Source: Schmidtea polychroa (taxonomy: Eukaryota). From it: a DNA stretch of 64,000 nt. Below, piece by piece: positions 22,078-60,030 of this stretch. Below the pieces are notes generated by a model that saw nothing but the letters and a program-made list of their open reading frames with translations, was not told the origin of the DNA and ran no database searches. Where the stretch lies: NCBI GenBank assembly GCA_044892525.1, contig CM097885.1:14510001-14574000 (forward strand). Direction: 5' to 3'. The translations under genes and the position numbers were made by a program. How positions within the stretch are numbered: the stretch's first letter is position 1; each line of letters begins with the position of its first letter.

Positions 22078-22387
22078 TTTATGTACCATTTAATTTATCA
22101 TATTTAGTTATATTATTAGGTAGGCTATCAATATCAATTATTGTATACCGTTGGATAGGACAAATAGTTAGTTATTATTATTAAAAAAAATTATATTTTT
22201 TTCATTCAAATACAAACAATTATCGCTCTCATTCTCTCTCATTCTATTGCATTAAGCCATATACATTTAAACATTTGTTGTCATTCTCATTATTTCCTTG
22301 ACCTATCTCAACTAGTTCTAAATATTGTCGCCTCCTATTTTATCACAGTTCAAAGCATTTATGCCTGAAATGTCCTGCATATGGCAT

Positions 22388-22934
22388 CAGTGGTGTATTG
22401 GTAAAATAAGAAGTGACGGAACGCATGATGAGAGCAAAAAAATAGTCCACGACTTTCCAAAAGCAGCTTCCTGAAAGCTTATCGGAGATCATCTTATTTT
22501 AAGCAAATTAATGTTTTCCTTGTAAGTTTTTCATTTATTTTTATTCTTACTATACAAAATATTAACACACACACAAAAATAAGAAATTCGAAAAAAGATA
22601 AAAATAAGGCGTTATTAAAAATTGGCGTTATACACAATAACACAATCTAAACAACAACGTTACTGGCACAGTTACTGGTTACTGGCGCAATTCGCTCTAT
22701 TGTTGAAGTTTATATTTTAGTAGTATGCTACGTAGAATAGCCAACACAGAACACATGATTTAAAAGAGAAAAAGAAACAAGACACAAAAAGCAAGATAAA
22801 TTCTCTATTAATTAACATATTTTTTGAAATGTTTTTGCAAATTCGCCAATTTATAATATAATTTTCATTTGAAAAAAACAAAATGACAACTAAAAAAAGG
22901 ACCGGAACGTCGTTCCTCCCCCAATACAACCCTG
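22388..22934. mobile_element. hAT-type MITE, 547 bp
   Basis: CAGTGGTGTATTGG...CCAATACAACCCTG with TSD TATGGCAT/TATGGTAT. Confidence 0.85.
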
Positions 22935-22981
22935 TATGGTATTAATCTCATCAAAAGTTTGGATAACCTAAATGTATATAG

Positions 22982-23640
22982 CAGGGGTGTGTTGCCAAAA
23001 AGTTAACAACCGGCTCACTAAAAAAATTGTATATTTTAATTATATTGAAATAAGATGATACATATAATACATTAAGCATACATTAATACATAAATATAAA
23101 CAGTATTACAGCGGAAAATGAAGTATATGAAGCCCTTATTATATAATTCTTGCCCAAATTTTTCACAACGCTCTTTCAAGTAGCTGGTTTAGGCTTTAAA
23201 ACACAACCTTTACTTATCAAGAAGAAACACAAATTTTTCATCAATTTCTTCTAAACGAACGCTTCTACTTTTTAATTCATTGAATAGACGGTCGACAGTC
23301 GATTTCATAACTCTTTCCATTTTGTCATTAGCTGATAAACCAGCATCTCTCAATGTTTCGCCATCCATTCTTTTCCTTCTTCTGTGTCGTCTTTCAAATT
23401 CAATGTCCCATTCATTGCAAATTCGAATTCCTTCTTTCACTGAGTCACTAACTAACACTTCTCATTCATCATGAAAATAATTTTGGAAAGCTTTTAAATA
23501 TAAAGCTGCTTCATGAAAATTCATTTTAGGGTCCTGCAACCTCTTTTGATCGCGGTCAATACGAATTAATATCTTGTTCCAAAACCCTAGCAACGTTAGA
23601 AAGTCATATGTTAGTATTCGATTATAGAGTTGCTTTGTGT
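22982..23640 (-). mobile_element. hAT (Tip100-group) deletion derivative with transposase fragment
   Basis: Terminus CAGGGG..TTAACAACCGG. Translation includes RLQDPKMNF...RRRKRMDGE...STVDRLFNELKSRSVRLEEIDEKFVFL. Confidence 0.7.
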
Positions 23641-26545
23641 CGCTTTTAGTTTTACTAGTCGCCCTTATGTTTATAAGAAATAAAAAACCTTATAGTGGTA
23701 TGGTTTCTGAAAGATTTTCTTTTGGAAAGTTTGCGAAGAATTTTCGTAATGTCGAAAGTGGAAGGATATTTGGACTACTATTTGGTATAGGTGTGAATGT
23801 TGTTACTTGGATATTTGTTGATATATTCCACACAGTAATAATAGAAAATAGTCTTTGTCTCCTTGATTTGTTCTTGCGATTGTAAATTATTCAATTCAAT
23901 ACAGTAAAAATACAAAATAGTTCTAATTTCTTTGATTTGTTCTTGTGTTTATAAATTATCCAATTCTATTCAGTAAAAATATAAAGTAGTTCAAATTTCT
24001 TTTGAATTTTTTTATTGATTTTTTTTCCAATTTTTAATTTTTTCATTTTTAATATAGCGATAATTTACTATAGTACTATTAGTTTTTTTTAAAGTAATTT
24101 ATTCCTTGGCGTTAAGGACACCATAACGGGAGTAAAAACAAAACCTAATTGAGGTTCTGTTTTGACTCGTAATTAAAATAAAAATATATCATTCTACTAC
24201 ATTTACCATTACTTTTCACTAATTAATTTTCTTTGCGTTTTGTGTTAAATATTTTAATTCTGTATCTACATTAATTTTACATAACATCAACATTTATGAT
24301 TGAGAAGTCTCTGGAAATTTTTAAACAAAACTAAAAGCAACTTTAAATGAAATAAATGGTGTAAAATTAATACTTCTTTGATGTTTTTGTGAGTCTGAAA
24401 AGAACAAATATAATAAGTAATAAAATAAGTGTAACAGGTATTAGGTATTAGGATCGATCTAGGTGGGGTTGATTCTTGAAACTAACTTAAATTTTATCTG
24501 ACTCCAAATATGAAACTTTCTGGCGAGTAGCTTTAATAAATATTTGTGTATTCGTAAATATAGTTCAAATGAATAAGTCTCAAGAGTGTTATACAAATAA
24601 ATATATTAAGCAATATACCATATTTTACAAAGTATGTGTAACTAAAAATGCCTCTTGGTATAAGATAGAAATCGATTGTTCAAACCGTCCTCAGATGGCT
24701 AAGATGCCATACACTAGGACTAAGTGGTTACCCAAGCGTCGATCGATTTACCCGAATTTTGCTCAATCCCTTAGAATCAGGTTTTTCTAACGTTTCTTAA
24801 TTTTAATCCCTTTTGAATTTTATCTCAAAACAGGTAACTCAACAGAAGAATCACTGACACCTGTTGACTGGTCTAAATATATAAATTGAAACTCAAAATA
24901 ATGATAAATTAACGTTAAGACGAGTACCTTTTGAATTAAAAAAAATATCTTGCAAAGTTGAGAAGCTATCTTTTATTATTCTCTCTAATCAATTATTATT
25001 TATTATCGGTCTAAATTCTGCTTTTTTTTGTTCTTTTTTAGCACAAACTTTTCTCAATACTATATTTAAAATCTATAAGCTTTTTTATATTTTCTGTTAT
25101 CCAAGAATTTAAAAGTTCATCACAAATTTTAGTAATTATAAAATTTTAAAAATATTCCATTTATTACTTAGCCCATAATGGCCATCCCAACCCCAACATA
25201 AAGACAAGTTATCATTTCTTTTAAAGTAAGAATTTGCAATTGAGTTTAAAGTAGTAAAAAAAAGTTGCGATTACAACCAATCAACTCTAAACCAATTAAT
25301 AACGCACACAGGGCATTGTTTTCGCTTTTCATTATTCCATATTTATCAGTCCACCAATCTTGAAACGATCTGTTAGAGTTGGACTCTGTTCTATTTTTCT
25401 TATTTTCTGACATTCTAAAGTTGAAATATGTATATTATTTATTTATAATTAAAATCGTTAATGAATTACCCTTTTAAATCAATTATATTATTTGTCCTCA
25501 AAAAATATAAATATGTATTTTTTCTATAAGCAAAAAATAATATAGTAAAATAAGATAACACAACTTTCTATCGCACTTACAAAGTATCAACTATACTGAA
25601 TTAGTGAATATGAAATGAATTCTGCAAATATCCATATTCATATGTATATATTTGAAAATCCAAAGCATACTATGTTCAAATAAAAACAATAACCGTCTAA
25701 AAATTGATAACACATTTTTTATATTTAAAACCACGTGTACATATTTGTACATACACAAATAATATAATTACATATCTTATAACGTTGAAATAAAATCGCC
25801 AGAAATCTGTGAAAACTCTTAATTTTGCTTTTTAAATATCATATTTTTGCATTGAATTTGAATTTAGTTCACAATTTTTTTCAAAATCGATAAACGATTT
25901 TGTGTTAGTTAGAGTATGAAAAACGAAAGATATTATACGTGCCAACGAAAATTTATCTGCATGCCACTTTGAGCACGCGTGCCACAGGTTCGCCATCCCT
26001 GTTATAAACTATATAACTATGGATTAAAAATCTAAATTCCTAAATTGTAGATTATAAAAGGGTGAATCATAACTACAAAGTCTAAAATGTAAGATCGTAA
26101 AATGTTGAATATAAAATTATAACCAAAAAACTATACAACCATAAAGTAAAAATCTAAATTTCTAAATGGTAGACTATAACTGTATAAATCATAACCATCA
26201 AGCCTAAAATATAACATCGTAAAATATTGAATATCAAATTATAAACCATATAACCATAAATTAAGAATCCAAATTCCTAAATGGTAGACTATGAAACTAT
26301 AAATCTGAAAATATAAAATTAGGAAGTAGAAAATATAAAATTGTAAGATGTTAAATAAAAATTTATAAATTATAAAGTGTATAACGAGAACTTGTAAAGT
26401 ATGAATTTATAAACTGTAAGATATAAAATTGGAAATTGTAGAACGAAAACCTGTAAAGTGCAAAATGTAACAATCTAACTCATATAATATGAATCTCTAA
26501 ATTGTGAAAGACAAAATACGAATGGTAAAATATAAAGTTATATTA

Positions 26546-26714
<169 letters not shown>

Positions 26715-27820
26715 TACTATTAGCATTATTATTGTTCTTATTACTATTCTTATTATTCTCATTGTTATTATTATCATTATTATTATTATTATTATTATTA
26801 CTATTATTATTATTACCACTATGATCACTTGCTATCCTTGTTACCACCATTTTTACTGTTATGATCATAATTAGTATTACTTACTAAGAAAGCAAAGATC
26901 AGTTATATATTTTTTGCTGATTCCCATATCTAGATTTGGAGTCAATTCTGTTGCCCAATAAAAACGTTCCTAACCTAAAAAATCTATATTTAGCAACACC
27001 CCCCCCAGAGAAATATCAAGGAAAAATTCAAGACGGGGATACGACCATCAAGAGTTTCCAGGAGACGGTGAGAATGACTCCGGCGAACCATGCAATCGAA
27101 TGAATAAGCCATAATTCGCAGAGATTTACTTACGTACAGAATACAAATATTCCCGGAAAATTTCCAAATTCGGCGAGTGACAAATTGCGGGTCCAAATCA
27201 AATATTGGGCATGAAATGACATTCCCTGGGAAGGATTATGGGAAGACTGCTCCAAGCTAACCTATTCCCTCTTACTCGATCGAGGTTCATAATAATATCA
27301 CCTAAAAATTAAGGAATTAGGAAAATTAGATAAATTACTTGCATGTAGAGCAAACCACTCATAACGAGCACAACCGAAGGAAAGGTAAGCAGACGAAGAG
27401 CTTAGTTCGTTGCTAGTACCTGTCGCCCCAGCGAGCCCGAATTTAGTGGCCTAAAAATGACGATCTAAAAAACCACACATTTTATTAAAATATAAATTAA
27501 AATTCATAAATAGTAATTAAAATTACCACTTAGTGGTAAACAAAATTTTTGAATGTAAAAGATTAATTTAAACAACGAATTTTGACGAAAATTTTTTTTG
27601 TTATCTAGTTGATAAAGTGTGAGATCTTATTCTACTGTTCCTAGGATTATAGATGCTGGTTTTAAAATAAATGATTTTTTCTTTAACTTTGAATTTTTAA
27701 AAAAGGGGAAAAGGGATCAACAAAATCCCGTGTTTAACCTCGTAATACAATCTATATAAAGTGGCCTGATTGTTACTTTGTAGAAATGTCCTACTCAATA
27801 CTATATTTAAAATCTATAAG

Positions 27821-28125
27821 CGTACCCGGTACATTTGGTACCACATCCATCGGTGGAGTCAGGGGCGGGACCTGAATTGCGCAGATCGAGTGATCCGGCA
27901 AGGCCCCGAAGCAGATGCCCGGCGTGGGTGAAGACGGAGCCGGAGAACAACCGGTGGCAGGAAGCCCGCGATCAAGCGGCCTGGGACGTAGAAGCCGCTC
28001 AGATCCAGCTTAAGAAGATAGACTTGCAGATCAGGGCAGAAAGGGAGGGGGTGCCCCTAGAAGAGCTAGAGGAAGCCGACGTACCCCCGAGAAAGAGAGG
28101 GAGGCCCCGCAAGTATCAATTGTGA
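27821..28125 (+). CDS. Small AT-hook protein, start unresolved
   Basis: Open frame ending ...EELEEADVPPRKRGRPRKYQL* (AT-hook core RGRP), with VKTE SUMO consensus. TATATAAA at 27753 and an ATG at 27786 are present, but that ATG is out of frame. Confidence 0.6.
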
Positions 28126-28404
28126 TTAAGAGCCGACATGTGACTTACTTCAATAACTTCTTATCTAGTGGGTGTGGCTTAATTAATGATCAATTTTGAC
28201 TAATGTTATTGTTCAATAATAATCTCTTATTCATTGGGTGTGTATTAATTAATAATTACAATTGACTGGGGTTTATTATCAAATGAAGTGTTTTCCTTTT
28301 AAATTGAGTTGTTGTAACAAGTATAACAATGTCCTAGCGACACATTATTAGTATTGATTAATCAGTAAACTCTTTTAGCAGGTGTAAAATTAATAACACC
28401 CTTT

Positions 28405-28884
28405 ATGTTTTCAGTGTATAAGTTAATGGAAAACCTGCGGAAGGATCGGGAGCTTGCACAGCAACAAGCAGACGAACTCCGGACCCGAGTAGATAAACTA
28501 AAAGGGAAATGTCGGGAGTTTGAGGGGACCTGGTTTAGCCCTGAGGCGATGAAAAGGAAAACAACCCAGATTCTCCAGCTGCAGACACAAGCCGCCCAGG
28601 ATCAAATGGAGATTCGCGCCCTAAAATTGCAGGTGCGGGCGCTCGAAACCGAACGGAATGAACGGTTCGTGCAGGAATCCGCAGCAAGGCAAATCCGGCC
28701 GCTGACCATCGAGCTGGCAGCGATATATCCTCCGGCCGCTGAAAGCAAACCTAAACGAAAACGGCTAGGACGAAACATCCGTGAAAAATTAAAGAAGGCC
28801 AGGCTGGCCGAGTACGAAAGGCAAGTGGACTCATCGCAAATGTCTACGACGGGACTAATTGGTCCCACTATTAAGCCGAGTTGA
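28405..28884 (+). CDS. Unknown coiled-coil/basic protein, EGTWFSP family paralog A
   Basis: 159-aa GC-rich ORF (or 152 aa from ATG 28426 after acceptor-like TTTTCAG). Collinear similarity to the 30010 ORF, with NLS-like KPKRKRL. Confidence 0.75.
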   Translation: MFSVYKLMENLRKDRELAQQQADELRTRVDKLKGKCREFEGTWFSPEAMKRKTTQILQLQTQAAQDQMEIRALKLQVRALETERNERFVQESAARQIRPLTIELAAIYPPAAESKPKRKRLGRNIREKLKKARLAEYERQVDSSQMSTTGLIGPTIKPS

Positions 28885-30009
28885 ACTGTTATTCCGTTTT
28901 TTTGTAGTGTGTTTTGTATATTTGTAGTATTAAAATAATATTTTTATTGTTATTACAATAATACATATTTTGTAGCGTTAAAATAATGTCTGGTATATTT
29001 ATGATTGTCGGAGAAACGAGAGGTTGTGCGTAAGGTTGGGAAAACAATCTTGATAAGGGACCTGAGGAAATCGGACACAAACCTTCTAACGGTAGTCCGT
29101 GAACCCATGGAGTACTCGACGATTATAGTGCCTCGATGCGCTCACTTTTCGCGGGTACTCAACCCCTTGGTACAGTACCAACGTTGATTACTCAACGGGT
29201 ACCAAGGGGAAACTAATGTTGTATTTTGGGTTACGCTGGTAACAGCACTTAATCATTCGACCACCTGTAACCCACCATAGGGAATAGATTATTAGCTTCA
29301 GTTCATTCGCAATTCTCCGAATCAGACACACACTACATAAAGCTTTTACTCGTGAGAACTCTAGTAGAGATTCCAATCGACAATGTCATGAGAGTACACG
29401 CATTGACACACTATAGAGAAATTCCGTATTTTCATGCAGTGACATGATATTTTCAAACGGCATTCGCAATACAAACAGATAACTATATTCCTATACAATC
29501 ACTCACTAGTTTGCGTCGTTATGACGACGATTACGGCGGAGATTTAAAATTAAAAATTGGAAATAATAAATGGAGAGGTGAAAGTTAGTCGTTATGAACT
29601 CTTCGTCTAATTGATCGACTTTAGCGTAGAGCCAGGAACCTAAACGGGCGAGACATAACACAAAAAATAATCGAGTGACATAATAAACAAGATTAATGAT
29701 AATAAAATAATATTGTAAAACGGTAATAATATACTTAATCATAATCGACCAACCCCGAGATATAGACGAATAAATCATTGTGAATATTCCCATTTTCTTT
29801 TAAATAAATTACAGGGATTTGTGCGAATTATCGTGGATGTTTTGAGGCATGAATGAGTTTAGGGACGAACATTGGGATGTATGTGTGAGATATTTTTCTT
29901 TTAATCTCATTTTATATATAATGTGGGCGGTAAAACTCGCGTCGTGAAAGTACGATTGTCGATCAAACTAAATGTTAAAAATGCAAATGTGAATATCTTT
30001 AATCTTTAG

Positions 30010-30771
30010 ATGACTACCCCAACCAATACTGGGAAAATTCTTCGTCCTTGTTTTTCCTGCGCTGATAAAAATGCTGACATCGCGCAGCTTCATCTCTACA
30101 TCGGGGCACTGAAGAAGAGAATTGACCTTTATGAAGGCACGTGGTTCTCCCCGCCACAAATGAAAGAGGAAAAGAGTAAGATATTACGTCTGGAGCACTG
30201 CCGTGACAGTCTCCTAGAAGAGAGTAGGTGCCAGAGGCTAACTATAAAAGCCCAATCAGAAGCACTCCATAAAGTATACTCCGAGTCCGAAATAGCAAAG
30301 CGAGTTCGGGAATATCCAGTACAAGACGGGACCAATGTGTTCCCGATCCATCACCAATCATCAAAGCCATCAACCACTGGTTGTAAGGGGCACGGCCCGA
30401 ATCTGCCACCAATTCCCGCTCCAATTTTCTCGGGTTATAGGCCTATGGCAGGAGGCTCATCGGACCCTATCTTGGCTCCGATTCTCGTCTCTCAACCTAT
30501 CACCCAGTCTCCATTAGAAGCTACCCAGCCACATCGGAAACGCAAGAGGCTGACGCGCTCTGAGAAGAATCAGAAGCGCAGGAACGCCATGGCGGCGCTA
30601 GAAGCTTCTCTATCCGTGGCCCAGTCCACCATTAAGGATATCTCAGCCTCCCACGTAATTCCGGCCAAGGAGATATTCAGGGTAGTTCCGGCCGATGGTA
30701 TTAAGTACCTTGCGGATCGCCGGTTGCCAGTAGACATAGACGAGGTATTCGCCGATGGAGATGTTTTCTGA
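30010..30771 (+). CDS. Unknown coiled-coil/basic protein, EGTWFSP family paralog B
   Basis: 253-aa ORF. TATA-like 29913-29921 and a plausible 60-nt 5'UTR intron (29950-30009, GTACGA..TTTAG) ending at the ATG. Contains CxxC, a Pro-rich linker and HRKRKRL. Confidence 0.78.
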   Translation: MTTPTNTGKILRPCFSCADKNADIAQLHLYIGALKKRIDLYEGTWFSPPQMKEEKSKILRLEHCRDSLLEESRCQRLTIKAQSEALHKVYSESEIAKRVREYPVQDGTNVFPIHHQSSKPSTTGCKGHGPNLPPIPAPIFSGYRPMAGGSSDPILAPILVSQPITQSPLEATQPHRKRKRLTRSEKNQKRRNAMAALEASLSVAQSTIKDISASHVIPAKEIFRVVPADGIKYLADRRLPVDIDEVFADGDVF

Positions 30772-32606
30772 ATTTCCAACGCGACGAACGTGTCCATCTC
30801 TTATTTAGAGGAGACCTAGGAACTAACATCCCTGTATATAACAATTTATTGGTGTTATTTAGTTGATATTTTATTAAACGGTGGTGTACGATGTTCGGTT
30901 CCGATAATCGTGAATGTAATATAAACAATACAAATTTTTATTTATTATTTGTTGATTTAATGGTGAGAGCGATGAGTGAAATGCATGGATGAATTGATAA
31001 ACTGGATATATGTCATTGAATGAAGGCCGTCCCCTTGGACCAGGGTCGGGCCAAATGCAAGTGTAGGAACGGGTAAGTCCTTCTAAGGCACCATAGAACC
31101 TGAACTGAGGAGGGGTTAGGAGTAGTCTTAAGGCAGAGGCTCACCTGCTAACTTCTTCCGACCCGTGTGGGCAGCACGAACGTAGAACATCATTACGGGC
31201 TCATACGCGGGAATATTTGCATGATCATGTGGTGTGTGTAAGGGAAGTGTCTGAGCGGAACGATGAGGATTGGTGTGTGCAATAGTGATGTTTATTGTTT
31301 TCCCCTACATGCGCCCAACAATATATATAATAATAATACAGAAAGAAGAAAATTTACATACTCATCAACGAGTCACTACACACTATGTTCTCGGACTACG
31401 TCAATAGATATTCAGTTACATACCTGGCTGATGTTGCGCATATACTTTGTATAAACGTCGTGCAACGTAATAATTTTGACTAAAGATAATTAACGTATGA
31501 TTTAAATATAATTTTTTTGTTTAAAATCAACAATAATAATGTTGTTACATTTTGTCCTAGTACTTGGACTTGATACCAGAAGCATTAGTAGAATAATTTT
31601 ATAAATCATTACATATAATCGCTTGTCAATTTCAATAGAAGAGTCAACAAATCTAAACGTTATTTAAAAGATTTTCCATAGAATTTACACAAAATCGATA
31701 ACAAAAAATTAAGTTTTATTAACACAAACTTACAAAATCATAAGTGCATAAGAATTCGATTATATTATTTGTCACTTGATTGATATCGATATATCATTAA
31801 ATATCTCTCTCTCACTATATATATATCTATGTATAATTTATTACAGGATTTGTTACAACGAATTTCTATCTCTATATCATGCTGGCATTATAAATGTACA
31901 ATTACTATTAATGTTATTATTATTATTATTATTATTCGATATCGTTTATACAATTTCTTGCTGTCCACACACACGCACACACACAGATTCATTTGGGCAT
32001 TCAATCACATATCTATATTTTTCCATGATACCATAAAAATAAATTATATATTAAATTTACAAAAAAATCTCAACAATTTTTGATTACAAAAAAATCAAAT
32101 GGAAAAAAACAATCTGCATAATTAGAATGAAAATATTTGGTGGTATGACAATGAACATTGACTGTAATCTCGCTGAAAATTGAAACATCGCCATCATCAT
32201 TTTAATAATAATTAATAATTCCTATTACAATTATTAAATTTGTCAACAAACTAATATACGGTTGCTGATTAACGATAGTCAATGAACAAATAATGTCATT
32301 GGTAACAATAACAATAATATCAATATTAATAAATATATCAATAATAATAATTATATCAATAATAATAATTATATCAATAATAATAATTATATCAATAATA
32401 ATAATTATATCAATAATAATAATTATATCAATAATAATAAATATATCAATATCAATAATAACAATTTGTCAATAAAAAGCAAGTTGATCCGTTGTAGTAT
32501 TTATATGACAATGAAAACTGCTTCCAGTTTGCGAATCAGATAAAAGTAAATATAAACAAATTATTGAATTTGTATTCGGAAAAAGTGGTTTACGATCAAA
32601 AATACT

Positions 32607-32694
<88 letters not shown>

Positions 32695-32891
32695 GATGAA
32701 AAATATTCTGATTTGTGTTGAAATAAGCGTATATTAGCAGCCTACGATTGGGCATCATTTGGAATAATAAAGCATCACAGAAAAGTTTAGAAAGTATATG
32801 ATATTGCAATTATTTGCAGTCTGAAACCAATAGAAAAATCAATATTGATAGAAACTGGTAAGTCAAAAAACAACGTTAATAAATTAATTAC

Positions 32892-59506
<26,615 letters not shown>

Positions 59507-60030
59507 CAAAACTTCAAAATCTAACCTGAAATAATTATTGACATATATTTCTATTCTTTTAGGTAATTAAGAAAATATGAACTACTTAATTAGAAAAAAA
59601 TACTTCTTTTACTTAAAATTACTTTACACAAATAATAATTATTAAAAGAAAAATAATAAGCACTATATATTTGCTTTTTCTATTAAAAATAATTTTCAAA
59701 TTAGTAAATATAATAATTTGAAAAAAAATGTGATCTTAAACAAACAACTTAATAAAAATCCTCAATGATAATTTTGAGGTGTTTTTAGCTGAGAGTTGAA
59801 AATTTCAAAAAATTATTAAGATAATTTTATATGATAAATAATTGATTATTTAAAATAACTTTGAAAAATTTAAAATTTTTAAATTAAACAAGTTTTTTAA
59901 CCTGATCATTTTTAAATAAATATATTTTAAATATCGAAATTTTAATAAATGGTTTTTTGAAATATTTTATTCAACGCTGAAAATTTGTTTAGAAATTATA
60001 CAATTTTTCATTAAATAAATACTTGGAATT

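Larger units (their letters stand above)
26949..31320. mobile_element. Unclassified GC-richer multi-ORF island with LTR-like TGTTG/CAACA ends
   Basis: Abrupt compositional shift from the flanks. TGTTG at 26949 and CAACA at 26994-26998 and 31316-31320. C8 at 26999-27006 is a minus-strand PPT-like run abutting TGTTG. Three stop-free ORFs are present. No TSD or enzyme gene was found. Confidence 0.55.

Noticed and set aside
29055..31115. CTGAGGA motifs at ~29062 and ~31105 as hammerhead cores
   Set aside because: No stem II followed by GAAA.
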